From the NCBI GenBank assembly GCA_013115145.1, contig JAAPAO010000079.1, positions 24,261 to 88,260 of the forward strand: 64,000 nt of DNA, given 5' to 3'. Below the pieces are notes generated by a model. The model saw only the letters and a list, made by a program, of their open reading frames with translations, searched no databases and had not been told where the DNA came from. Position numbers and translations under genes: made by a program. This document shows, in pieces, positions 13,168-26,183 of this stretch. Positions within the stretch are counted from its first letter, which is position 1. Each line of letters begins with the position of its first letter. This DNA comes from Perkinsus chesapeaki ATCC PRA-425. Its lineage: Eukaryota > Protista > Perkinsozoa.

Positions 13168-16100
13168 ATTTCTGGCATACTGGAGGACAAGCAAGCGTTG
13201 ATGGAGCACTGTGCGAGATGGTTTAAAACTTATGATGTCAACAAGGACGGTAGCTCTTTTTATAATCGATCACGTGATCGATTACGACTTGTCAGGATAT
13301 CTTAGCTTCGTTGAGCTGACCGACCTATGTGGGCAGCTTCTCGCCGATCTGGACGTACCAGGCATGGACAAGTGTACAGTGCAGCAAGTAAGATATTGGA
13401 GAATCTTTAATCGATTGCGCGATCGATTTGTTTTCGATATATTATTCTTCAGTACATGAAGAAGTACGACGTTGATGGTGACGAGAGGCTTACACCAAAG
13501 GAGTTTCACGAGTTGTTTAATCGTATATTATTGAAGGCAAAGTGAGGGTCTCGGGTTCGATCCCGGCATATGTCGTTTTAATATTTAGAGCCATTCACAC
13601 ACCATTCGCGTTAAAGCGACGAGGACTTCTCGGGAGAGCAAAAGGTGAGAAAGCGTCATTCGGATGAATTTGGTCTGTTCACTAGCAGTGTCGAAATTAT
13701 AAAATATGTTGCGCCGCCCGCAGCGGGTACATGTAGCTGCCGACATAATTATAACAACCCAGGCCACGTCGTCCAGAGCCGCCTCCGATCGGCACCGCAT
13801 CACACCCTGCAGAATTGAACATCAGCCTACGATAGGACGCTCCCCTCCGCAGTCTGGAGGGAGTGGGTTCGCTCGAAAACCGGAAATTCACAACGGGGAG
13901 AATTAGCTCGTGAGATGATCAATAATATCAAGCTGGAATTCCGAAAGAACTCTGTTAAGGAAATTCCTGCTGGGCAGAACGATTTGTGTATAGAGGAATG
14001 CGTTAATGCAGGAGTCTACCTACAGTGAGACGTTGTCAGGCATATCTCACGCGAATCATCATAATCATACAAACGGGTGACCGCTGGATATCGTATTTTT
14101 CTTACGAGTTAGCGCCACCTTAACTTTTCCCGGCTGCATATATCAATGTGTTACAGGAACTGACTCAGTTCAACTGAGATGTATAATAAGCTAGGTTGCT
14201 CGACAGGTCTGCCGTCGGGGAGATACACTTTGAGGGAAGACCTCGGGCACGGATCGTTCGGTGCGGCACAGAAAGTGATTGATAAATTGACAAAGGAAGA
14301 GAGGGTGAGAATGACACGGTAGACTGACGCAATTGCGAGCGACGAGGTTCAGGTTATGAAAACGATCAGCAAAACTCAAGGACATACGTCACAGGAGGAG
14401 TTGGAGTTGGAAATTGAATGCATGAAAAAGATGGACCATCCGCATATACTTAAACTGTTCGAGTAGGCGGAGTGGAAGGAATCTTTAATGCTCCAAACAC
14501 AAAATTACATTTGTAATGACTGTCCGGAAATTCCAAATGAAAAGGGTGAGGAGTTTTCGAATCGAAAACCGAATCGAAAATTTCGATTGTTATTACTGCG
14601 TCTCACACTGTTTGATTGTTATCTACAAGTGTTGTATATTTTCCGGCAAGGGGCTGGTTCGGCGAGACGTTCGGACAACCCCAGCATTAATAGCTCTCAG
14701 ATACTACGAAGACGCCAACAACATGTACCTTATTCTTGACATTTGTGAGGGTGGGCATCTGCTCGGGGTGAGCTAACTTTGTCTGCGGGATACATTCATT
14801 TCTCAAGGTTATCGAAGATTCTCACAGGAGTCGGAATCGCAAGCCCATGAGCGAACGGTGGATTTGCGAAGCGTAAGGGGAATAACGAATCGTCGTCAGT
14901 CGAGGGGGGTTAATCCACCTCTAGCCTTGACACTAGGAACTTTAATTGGCACAAGTTGGGGTGACAGTGTTGGGATTAGGTATCTAGTTCACGGTACTCG
15001 CCATCTACAACGTGTGTTCTTTGACAATCGTTATTTATCGAGTTCACCCAGTCCTCGGTTCATTCCTTCACTGTGTGTCCCAGAGATAATCCTCATTACA
15101 TAATCCAAGCACCGACTCCGAACTCCCAAGATACTTGTTATGCGAATCTTCGGCCCTCCGTGGTGCTCCAGATGACACATTCCAAAGAGAGCGTTCAAGA
15201 TGACGCGTTCTGTGGGTAAAATTCGGTGCAATAGCATAGATGCTCAGTAACCGTCTATTATATGCGCCTTTTGCGGGGACTCTTCATAATATGTTTAATA
15301 CGGTAGGTTCCGGCAAGTACTCGACGCAGTGGCTCACTGCCATATGCACGGGCTGATTCATAAGGATATCAAAGCCGAGAATATCTTATTGATGAGTAAA
15401 GCTCCACCTGGCAGCAAGAAAAGTAAACATTTAGAGCTCGAATATTATTAAATGCCCCGACTCGGGCTTTCCTAAGTTGAGTTCATACTGGCCTGCCGGG
15501 AGCTGGATCTCGGCCTGAGGATTTTTTAGTGATTTCGATTCCTTTCAGAAGTGTTCGAATTGAAGCCGCATGTTGTGTTGATCGACTTCGGCCTTGCCGA
15601 ACTTTTTGATCCTTCTCGAGCGTTTCATTCGAAAGTAGTTGCTGGCACACCGTACACGATGGCACCCGAAGTAAGCTTACCTGCCTGCCGAGCAAATTAC
15701 TCCCCTACGGCTCAATTCTCAGGTGTGGGCTTCTGCCCAGAATCGCACGAAGACTTTTGGTCTTAAATGCGATGTGTACAGTCTGGGGTGTGTTCTGTTC
15801 CATATACTCACAGGAAAGGTGTCGACCGATGAATGTGACACGGTCTATGTTATTGTCGTCAGATACCAGTTTTACCAAAGTCGAATCACACACGGGACTG
15901 GATCAGAGCCATCGAAGCCGGTCCCAACTGGTCACTGGTGGATAGCACCGGAGCATCCAAGGAAGTCCGCAAACTTGTGCGGTCGATGATGAGGTGCGTG
16001 TAGAGCGAGACACTTGGTTGAAGCTCGTTATGCCTCCAGCGTATCCGAATCCAACCGGCCGTCATCTCGGGAATGCCTGGAGAGCGACTGGTTCCGTCTG

Positions 16101-16954
16101 AACCCTGATGAGCATGTCCAGAGACTCAGCCCTGTCGCAGTAAAGGTATGCCTCGTCAAATCTTCAGCAAGATTTCCCAGCAACCGTTTCAGGAAATCGC
16201 GGAGTTCTCGAAAAGATCTGCGTTCGAGAAAGCTGTCCTCATGGACGTCGCGACACAGGTAGAGGCACACGTTTGTGATCTTCGAAGATTCTTACTGTCC
16301 TGCCGCTGCTGGGCTCAGGTACACGCGTTGAGTATCCCCGATATAAACTCGATTTTCACTTCACTTGATGAGGCCAACATTGGTGTGCTGTCGGCAGACA
16401 AAGTTGCTGTGGGGCTGAAGAAGTAAGAAGTTTCAAGTCTCCCGGCTGCGACAGCTTTATATTTAGTTTGGGCGTCGACCAGTCCGTCGCTGAGAAGGCT
16501 GTGAAAGCTATGGACATGGACGGAAATGGGGAGTCTTAACTTTCTCAAATGTGACCAATTCAAGTGGTGTTGCTCAGGATCGATTACACCGAGTTGGTGG
16601 CCGGCCTACTGTGTGCGTACGATGACCACGTCGACCGGCTTTTATGGGCGGCGTTCAGAAATCTAGACAAAGACAATGATGGCCGATTGGATAGAAGCGA
16701 AGTCTCTGAGTTACTGCGGTAAGTATATTCTGTAGAGCCGCCTATTTGTACCACTTATCGATGCTTCAGCTCTGCCAAACAGGGTGGGAGCGGATGCATC
16801 ATATCGGATAATGACATTGGGCTCATCATCGATGAGCTGGACCGTGACCAGGACGGGTAAGGCTGCTGTTAGTTTAGTTGTTCACCATTTTCTTAGTTAC
16901 ATCCAGTACCACGAGTTTCGTGCGAGGTTTACACCGAAAGTAGTGAGCTTGTAA
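13168..16954 (+). CDS. CDPK: Calcium-dependent protein kinase with additional N-terminal EF-hands
   Basis: N-terminal EF loops (DVNKDG, DVDGDERL); kinase motifs LGHGSFG, HKDIKAEN, DFGLA, GTPYTMAPE, DVYSLG; C-terminal EF loops (DMDGNG, DKDNDGRLD, DRDQDG); stop TAA 16952-16954. Confidence 0.9.
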
Positions 16955-18256
16955 AGAACAATTCCGTGTCAATTAACACCATCGTCGAACAAGCATGTCT
17001 GTTATGTCCTTCAACCTTGTTGTCGAGTATAGGAATTGCGTTTCAAGTTGCGCACGCGTACGTACGCACTGCAAGGCTCGCCCCGATGAGTGAACAAATA
17101 AGACTCATTGACAGAGGAAGTATTATGATACTTTGAAACGAAATACCGGGAACTTTCCGGCGGGAAGTCGAACGGAGTTGCCTCGAAATTTGACTCAAAC
17201 GAAGAGGGTGACGTCTCCGTATTATATTGCTCCTATGAGGACACCATGATGCACCAGCACACCCCAGTCTCCGGTAGCACAGATGCATATAAGAAGCGAA
17301 CATTATGAATAATACAACGACACATACGAGCAGTACGAAGGAATGCAAACTCTACAAAGAGCAGTGTCCAAGTTGTCTCACATTGGGAACACTTTTCACC
17401 CTCGAGAAACGCTTCCTTAAGTCTAGATGAATACCTCCTCCGGAGTTATACAGCGAACTATGGTTGCACGCAGTTCACAATAGAATATGCGCCCAACTCT
17501 GGCGTATATGGAAAGCACATCATCACTGATGCTCCATCAGCCCACGGTTGATGTAGTGACGATTGTGGCATTGACGCACGCAGGTGGAACCTTAGCCGAA
17601 GTCCATGCATCCTAGATCGAGTTAACGTCATCAGGGCAGCACACGAAGCCTGGCTGGCTGCAGAAGGCTGCTTGCCAGCCGCACCGGTCTGTCTGAAGAT
17701 GAGCATGGAAGCCGAAGGTATTCAGACAACTCAAGTGAAATAGCACAACAGTATGATCGTTGTCGTAGCCAATGGCTACTAGCCAGGATCATCGTACTCG
17801 GCCCCTAATCCTTCCAAAGAAATGTCGAACATCAACGTATGCTAGCTAATTACAAATGTTTTTGCTCTACTCGACACTGCGGCAGATTCGTTCTTTTGGT
17901 CAGATGAATCTGACCTCGAGTGACAATTGCGTTGTATCGGAGGCAGCACATTGACTGGTAATACGTGCCAGACTGCGAGCGTGTCGTCCAGGAGTGTCTC
18001 CTCAGCTGTTTACCTCATCTTACGGTGAGATTCCTCCGCATTACACCTTACGCTAAGGTGTAGCGGCTACGCCTGAACCGATACACCACAGTTTTACATG
18101 CGGCTTGTTTGACGGCTCATTGAGAACTTAGTAGTCGTGCATCCTTGTGCGTAAGGAATCTCCTACGTGAGTCTCCATACTCCGCGTGATGGCATCCGGC
18201 CATTTAAAAATAAGTAATGCCTGTGACTGTGTTCAACCGTTAACTGCTATTCCCAG

Positions 18257-19828
18257 TTACTTGATCACAATCCCTGACGACGAGGACGACTTCCGATTCA
18301 ATGTCTTCAGCCAGACCGTTAAGTTCATAGACGAGGTCAACGCGCAAAGTAGGCAAGGGAGGAGCTTATCATACTTGGGGATGACCGTTTTTTCAGATCT
18401 CTCGTATAAACTGGCTATCAACGAGAATTCTGCTATGACTCTCGATGAGATTTCGGCTGCTCGTTGTTGCAGCCTCACAAACAACTCTCAAGGTTAGTCT
18501 CATTAATAGAATAGTTTACAATCGTTCCCTTTTGATCTTATGGTTGTCAGATGTTCCTGAGGGCACAGTGGCCAATCACCTACCACGTCGATCTTTGGGT
18601 GGTTTTCCGACAGATTTAAGCTGGGTGAAGCGCGGTGCAGTGAACCCACCATCGAACCAAGGTGACTGCAACTCATGCTATGCTATGGTTACCCTAGGTA
18701 GGTGAAGCCTTCGAGTGGTATCGTTAGATTCTACATCAGGTGCGATTGAAGGAGCCTTCCAGATCAAGATCGGTCATCTGCCTAAACTTTCAGCCCAGCA
18801 GATCGTAGACTGCTCTATCCCATGGGGGAATAGGTAGGTTAGATCTCTTCGATGAAGAGCCTCTTCATGGTCTTAAATGATAGCCAGAGACAGTTACGCC
18901 CGGATTGCATGGCTTACAAGAGTTCTGTTCCGACTCACTACATCCTCTTTTAGTAGAAATATAATACATCCTACATTATACGTGCTGTATACCAACGGCG
19001 TGACTGTCGCATTATGTCAGTGTTTTTAGAGGATGCGAAGGCGGCACAATTGGTAACACGGCGACTTACGTGAATCTGAATGGTATCGTGTCGGACAAGG
19101 ACTATCCCTATGCTACCAAGAAACAAGACTGCAGCAGTGTGGTTTACGATTTCGATAAGGCATGCCTTGAGGTATCAACTTCGATCGCTGAGTCTGATGA
19201 TAGTATCATTTAGAGAAGCTCTCTCTGTGGACCCCGCTATGCTGATCCGTCACATATTGTACGTTTCAGGCTGGTGACCTACTCAAGAAAGGAAGTGTGA
19301 TTATGCCCAGTCGGAAGCTGGATGTGCTCATGCAAGAGCTGCAGTCTGGTCCCATCGCGCTCACATTATTCAGCAATACTCCCGAGTTCATCCACTACCG
19401 TAGTGAAATTCTAGATAGTAGCTCCCGAAGTGTCTGCTAGAGTGTGTGATGATGCCATTGTCAGTCCCAAATTGCAAGGGCGACCCGGACCATGCCATGT
19501 TACTTGTTGGATATGGTGTTGAGGGAGGGAAGGAGTAAGAAACGGTTTTGATATATCTGGAACCATCTAGTACTATGTCTAGCAGAATAAATGTAGCATA
19601 TCAGTTACTGGATATTGAAGGACTCCTACGGAACTCAGCGAGGTGAGAATGGGTATATAAGAGTTGCCAGGGACCCGACAAAGACTGATGATCCAGGTAA
19701 CATTGGAAGGACTCACAGCAAACTGATGAACTAGTTTTCCTTTTTCAGGCTTCTGCAACATGCTTCTTGATACGGCCTATAGACCCGTTTTGAACAAAGT
19801 GTTGAAGTCTACGGCATGCAGAAGCTAA
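18257..19828 (+). CDS. Papain-family (C1A, cathepsin L-like) cysteine protease; 5' end not located
   Basis: Propeptide RFNVFSQTVKFIDEVN...YKLAINE; NQGDCNSCYA; GAIEG...LSAQQIVDCS; GCEGG; DHAMLLVGYG; YWILKDSYG...GENGYIRVAR. Confidence 0.85.
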
Positions 19829-20105
19829 TCCGACAAACTCTCGCTTTAGATTATATGGCACCCTCAGAAGGTGCTTTTTAGTAAAAGCTTTGTTAGTTGT
19901 AAACCTAGCCCAGTGGGCTAAGCCCACTTACCAACTGCGAAGGTATACAACGTTCATCCTGAATGGCTCATCCATTCATCCATCAGGTTTTGCGTTCTGA
20001 GTATCACAGAGACTTTTAGTATCTCCTACGTGTTTCTCCCACCCGAAAAAATGCATGCACTGTCTTTCGGCTCCTTATTCACTATCACAGTTGTAGGGTA
20101 CAACA

Positions 20106-20170
20106 GTGGTGGTTGCCCTGCAGCAGGGCCCCTTGTCAGCTGCGTTCGATCTAGGCATACCACAATGCAA
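20106..20170 (+). pseudogene. Possible short duplicated fragment of a papain-like gene
   Basis: VVALQQGPLSAAFD resembles the C1A 'ALxxGPVSVAID' segment, 280 bp downstream of the protease; no further homology. Confidence 0.3.
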
Positions 20171-20309
20171 TAGTTGTAAGAGTAAGAGTAAGAAGAGATA
20201 CTCAGTATACTTAAAGAGTAACGTAGCACACTGTCTTAGAATAGCGTACAGCTCAAAGATATTACGTCACAAAAGGAGACATCTAACACAACGGGACACA
20301 ATAGATTGA

Positions 20310-23300
20310 TATCCGAGACCCTGCTGACAGTGTCAGCCTGACACTGTGACAGATCCGACGTCTGTCCGACAGTGTCTTACGAAGCCACACGTGACAGGTG
20401 GCCTAATACCCGGGTTACCAAGTCTCGGCTGGTACTACTGGGCCTAGTAGTGAACGAATCCTGTGATGAAAATTAATAAATGGGTCACTAAAGCTGAAAT
20501 TTTCGCCTGAAAATAGCTCGCAGTTCGAGTCAAACTGTTTGATCCGAGTAGAAATATTAAAGATGCGGTGAATGAAACGCTGAATCTTACCACGCATTTT
20601 TAACATCAGGACCTGATGTTGAAAAGGTAATGATCAAGTTCGCATTTCGTCCAAGCGGGGGAATTTGGTCAATTTCGCCGTTAGGATCTTCGACTCGAAG
20701 ACTTCGATCGATGAAATCGAACTTCGCAAGTTCGATTTCACGTTCGGGCTGCCAATGTTCGCCAGTCTCTCATGGTACATAATGTACCGTACATTCAATT
20801 TCGCACTAATAGGAAATTCAATTTAATAGTTAGGATGCTTAACTTCGGAAGGCTGATTTCGTCAGAGTCGACAGTAACCCCAAACAATTGGATGGAAACC
20901 ACGCACTGCGAACACGATAAACATTTCAAACACTGACAGTGTTTAAAGCAGTATTACATTCCTGATTGATGCTGAGCATGGTGAGGCTGGGATTCCCAGC
21001 CTGGAAGTAACAGACTGTTACTAACAGTTGCTCAGCAACAAGCCTGGTTGCTCCCAGTGTAACTCAGGGAACCTAGGCCCTAACTGGGTTTTTCTTTTCC
21101 GAAAACGAGCGGAAGCTTTCGCCGCGAAAGTTTCGCGAAGTTTTCGAAAAATTCCGAGAGATTTCAGCGGCACTACACCATTTCAAGATCTAATTAGTAA
21201 AAGCCAAGATCGAATTAATATAGCCCAGAACAAATTAGTAAGAACCCAGAACAAATTGATATAACCCAGAACAAATTTTGTCTTGAGCACTCCTTGAAGG
21301 AGCGCTCAAGGGGAAAGATAAGGTTTGCGGTAGGATTCTTACCGCTGATGCACCGGAGATTGAAGATCTCCGAAGGAAAAGGTCGCAGCCCTAATTCAAA
21401 ATATGATCATATAATTTCGCCAAAAAAGGATAGTGGTTCTCTTGCAGCAAAAGTCTTGCTGATGCCGTATTGAATGATTGATACAGTATGTAGAATGTCC
21501 GGCGAGGTAGGATAGCCCGGCTGTCACAGCCGGCGGCTGTCTGCCACAGGTTTTGCCGTTTTGGGTACCTTGTTTTACTGAAGTTAATTCTATTAGGTAG
21601 TGCTTCCTCGGTCGAAGATAAAATTCAATAGTGTCATAAGTGATGGAGAGGCGAAGACGAGTGGCGACGATGGAGGTAGTGAACACGGTTGCTAAATCAT
21701 TAAGTGGGAGTGCCGACCTATTGATATTTAAATTTTGCAATGAATATTGTAAACTTATAATTATGAATCCTGCGGTATTCACGGAGGGTTGAAGCTTGGG
21801 CCATCTCCTGAACACCCTTTGGGGACTCCTCAATGAGGAGAATCTCCCCGGGAGATTATTCGCAAATGGAGTCTGACATCATGGCTTTTAGTACTCTAGC
21901 AATCGTCACGAATGCCTATGGTTGAATTGGATACCCTCTTTGTCGTTTACGCGGTTGCTGTACTGAAAACCTGTTCCACATTACTTCCAACTGCGGTGGG
22001 TTATGTAATGCTGAATACTTGGACCGTCAAAATCGTGATGCTTGCTTGATTTACAGAAAATGCTGGTCGTTACTGCATTTGAGCGTAGGTGGTGGATTAT
22101 CAGACCCTCGTGGGTTTAAAATGAATGTGGCTCTTAATATTCAATATGGAATATTGGGATCAAGCTGATTAGGCTAATCAGATTAGCTGTTTATCGAAAG
22201 ATATAGGGATCGGCCCCAGAAGTTATAACGTATATAGACTCTATAACTTCGCTATAACCTCTATATTATAGAGGAAGGCTGATTCAAGCATCCTTGGCAC
22301 AGCAACAGTTATGAGGGGTGCGCCGACCGACTGCCGTCCACAAACAATGGTCTGGAATCTATGAACAGTCAGTTGAAGTCTTCAACTTGACGATATCGGG
22401 AGACAACCTTCGACGTTCTGTGCGACGGTCGCGCTGCGATCTGATGAGATGGGACCATGAGACTGTTGGAGTCCATAATGGGTAATGCCCAGTGAACATT
22501 GCTCAGGTTAATGGAATTGTGGAAAGTGAAACGCCTCACTATCGTATATATTCACGCTCGTAGACTACTTCGATGGCGATGACAAGTAGGCGGACCACTG
22601 CAGGCTACTGATATTAGCCTCGCCAGCCTGATGACACCAGGAGATCGTCTTGATCCTCTAACTATTTTTTGATAAGGTCAGCGCACCGATATCAGAATGT
22701 CACTGATGATGAAAAGGCAGGTTTCCAATGTTGGTGAGAGAAACATAGCAGGAAGTTTCTGCCAGAAACGCGTTTTGCCAAACACATTTTCTGGTCCATC
22801 GTATACCCGTGTGACGTTGACAGAGCGAATGACATTCTCCAAACGTCGTAGTCCGAGGTAGCGGGTAGTGTGACATGCGGCAATGTTTGTAGGCCTCAGG
22901 CAGAAGGATATGATTCGCCCTTGAGTTCCGTGACACCTGAGAAAACCTTCGGCCGAGGCCTGATCAAGTGGAAGGCTTCCACTTGATCAGGCCTCCAAGC
23001 TCATTGAGCTTATTGAGCTCAATGAGCTCCATCATGAAACCTCCATGTAATCCTGCCAGTCATTTGGTATTGTGAGCCATGTCTTTCGACTCCGACAGTT
23101 GTGTTGCGTCTATATGATATAGACGCAACAATAATAAATTGTTATGATATAGACTATATCATAACAATTTATTATTATTAATAAACTTTATACGAAGTCG
23201 TTGATCACACTAAACGCGGTCGGATCTGAAACCGGCGCGGACCACTATGAAGGTTCCGTTCAAACCTACTAAACTCGTTGGCATTGTTATTTATCGCATA

Positions 23301-23640
23301 TTCGTGTACGGTACACGCCGTGTGCTACACGGTGTACCCAAATATAGGCGCGTGGCTGGTAACGCTGGTAGCTCTCAAGGTGGCAATCTCAACCTATTAG
23401 TTAACTAGGCGGTCTAGTTATTAGTCTAGGCCAATAGTTTATACTACACTGATAAAGCGATCTCCTAGGGCCCCTAGGCTAGGGGGACGTAGTTAGAAAT
23501 TGTACCGGAACCGTTCCGGTACAACCGTTCCGGCGGAACGATACAATTCTATTTCAGAACTGTATCGTTTAGGTGATGATGATTTTCAATCAAATTGAAT
23601 TTGAAGGAAATTCGCCACGGGGTAGTCTCCTCAATACTGC
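20310..23640. repeat. Non-coding or degenerate island rich in perfect inverted repeats
   Basis: Perfect hairpins, e.g. 20712-20740 (13-bp arms), 22955-22995 (20-bp arms), 23102-23130 (14-bp arms), 23130-23176 (23-bp arms), 23501-23523 (11-bp arms). Three direct copies of CCCAGAACAAATT at ~21224-21277. Confidence 0.85.
22692..22936 (-). mobile_element. Possible decayed LTR-retrotransposon integrase fragment
   Basis: ECHSLCQRHTGIRWTRKCVWQNAF resembles the integrase N-terminal H..H-G...T...W zinc-binding segment; flanks are stop-riddled. Confidence 0.3.
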
Positions 23641-24049
23641 CTAAGTGACCCAAACATCAATGTCAATTTCGTGTATATGGGCCAGTGAACGATTCATCAT
23701 GAACCCGTTCGAAAATCCGGACCTCGTGCCTCACTAGCCGAAAGACATTTTCAGAGAGCGATCAGAATGGCGGGTATGTCAAAGACCTCGTGGAGATCGA
23801 GTAACATTCGAGAAATATTCAAAAAAATGTCATTTGTCGGCGATTATAAAAATGGGTAAAAACGTTACATCAGATTTTTACGGTATACTTGACACAATCG
23901 TCCGTGTTTTTTATCAGTGCCCGTTGATCTTTTCTTTTTCAGCAGTATTGCTGTTGACTGTTTATTTATTCTTTTAAAGGATACCATTCCCTTCTAACCG
24001 TCAATAACATCATCCTCATCATCAAGCATCGGTTTTTTTAATAACACCT

Positions 24050-26183
24050 ATGCAGCAAATTCCGAGACCGAATTACAGACCGCCGGCCGGGCCTATCGCT
24101 CTGGCATATAACGCTTTAAGGGACATGTACGTCCTTTTATTGGTACTAGCTATCGCAGAACTCATCACAAGATCAGACTTCTTGCACTTTACCTTTAGAT
24201 GGTACTATCGTTGGGGTTTCAGTATTATTAGGCAATTTTCAGGTACGTAATCATAGGGACTGCTTACGCGGTTGCTAGACAGCTTGTCTCTTGGGTGTTC
24301 TCGATAATAGAAAGCTACACTGTAGAAGGAAATACTGCACTAACTGGAGCCTCGGGACTAGTGGGGCCACGTACACAGAAGTTTACAAGAACCGGTACTA
24401 TAGGCGGTAGTTTTATTATCAATAGAGATGTATGCAATAATAATGCATGCAGTCATAGAGGAACATCAGCTGTTAGGAGGACCAGGAGGAATGTACTTGA
24501 TGTTTTCTTTTTTATTTAGTATCATATTTTCTAGCAAAATGCACACACTTGCACATTTTTGCACTAAATCTTCGAATTAGGAGCTTATGGATCCTCGAGG
24601 GACACACTTCTACCGGCCAAGATGGCCCTTTGCCTAATGGTTACGCTTCTTGTTCATGTATCGAGAGGTATCGGGTTCTATTCCCTCACTCGTCGTTTTA
24701 CAGGCTCAAAAAGCGCATCCTTATCCTATGTTGTATCGGAAATGCAAGGATGGCGAGACACTATGGAGGACGCTTGCATTTGCCTTCTAGAAATGGAGCC
24801 ACCGCTGGCCGACACAAGTCTCTTCGCCGTTTTTGATGGTAATGTGGGCGGTGCCCTATCAGATTAGCCGGTAGTGTCTGTGTTAGGTCACGGAGGCTCT
24901 ATGGTGGCGAAATTATGTGCTCAGAGCTTCCCGCTGGAGATTTGCCGACACGCTAAAAACGAACTTATCAGGATTAAAAGGCAAAGTGAGGAGCCCGAGG
25001 GACAGCAGCAGGAAGCGACGGCGGAGGAGGAGGAGGAAGGGAAAAAGAAACATCGACATCATCATAGTCATAGTAAACTCAATATTTTACGTAACCATCG
25101 GAAAGAGGAGCAGCAAAACTCTGCAACAGACGAAAAGGGAGGAAGCGATTCAATTGAGGATGATGAATCTGATGACGACGAGTTTGATGAGGATATCGAA
25201 CCAACACCAGAGTTGATGGAAAAGTTGGACTTCGGCAAAGTGCTTACTACAACTTACATGGAGATGGATGCACTTTTGGAGTCGACAGGGAAGCTCACTC
25301 CACCCAAGGACGGGTCTATTGAGAATGCCCTTAAGCACTTGCCGATTGGTAATCCAGCGATGGCCATGAGTGGCATTGAAAGAAGAAACATGTTTGATTT
25401 TACTGGAAGTACTGCAGTTGTTGCAGTCGTTAGGAATGGTGTTATTACTGTCGCCAATTGTGGTGATTCAAGAGCGGTTCTTTGTCGAAGTGGAAGAGCT
25501 GTGGAGCTCAGTCATGATCATAAACCTGAGAGCCCCAGCGAAAGACGGAGAATTGAGAATGCTGGAGGTACTAAGGGAACCGGGTTTTCGGGTTTTCGGG
25601 TTTCGGGTTTTCCATCTATTTGTAGGTAAAGTGATGTCTATGGGACCTTGCCATCGTATCGATTGGGGTTTGAATCTCTCTCGAGCACTTGGTGATTTTG
25701 TTTATAAAAGAGCCGAAAGTTTGCCTGCCGAGGAGCAAAAGGTTTCACCGATGCCCGACATAGTGACCGAGGAAATCACCGACGATGACGAGTTTATGGT
25801 ACCGATTTTGTGGCGCGTGAAAAAACATTTCGTTCCCTCAGGTGCTGGCATGTGATGGCGTTTTCGAACTTCTCTCATCTCAAGATGTGGTTGACTTCAT
25901 CAGCAGACGATTACACAACGGCGAGAAGCTTCATACGATTGTCGAGGCCCTCCTGGATGAGTGTTGCTCGAGGAATCCCCGACTAACTCAAGGCCGCGGT
26001 ACGGATAACGAAACCTGTATTATTGTTAGTCTTAATGGTATGGGAACTTCTAGTACAGTGGGACACAGTAATGTCACGGCTGATGTCCATTTCGCTCGTC
26101 CAAAATCAGCTGGTAAAAAGGCTAATGGCGAGGAGGCCAAACGAGATGATGGTGATAGTCCTGTTGTTGATGATTCCGCTTAG
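24050..26183 (+). CDS. Protein phosphatase 2C (PPM family) with acidic insert
   Basis: MQGWRDTMEDA, FAVFDG|HGG, GSTAVV, VANCGDSRAVLC, LSHDHKP, LNLSRALGDF, LACDGVFELL, TDNETCIIV. Confidence 0.95.

Noticed and set aside
22218-22260. loxP-like words (GAAGTTAT...ATAACTTCG)
   Set aside because: Arm order and spacer length do not match loxP; explained by the general hairpin richness of the island.
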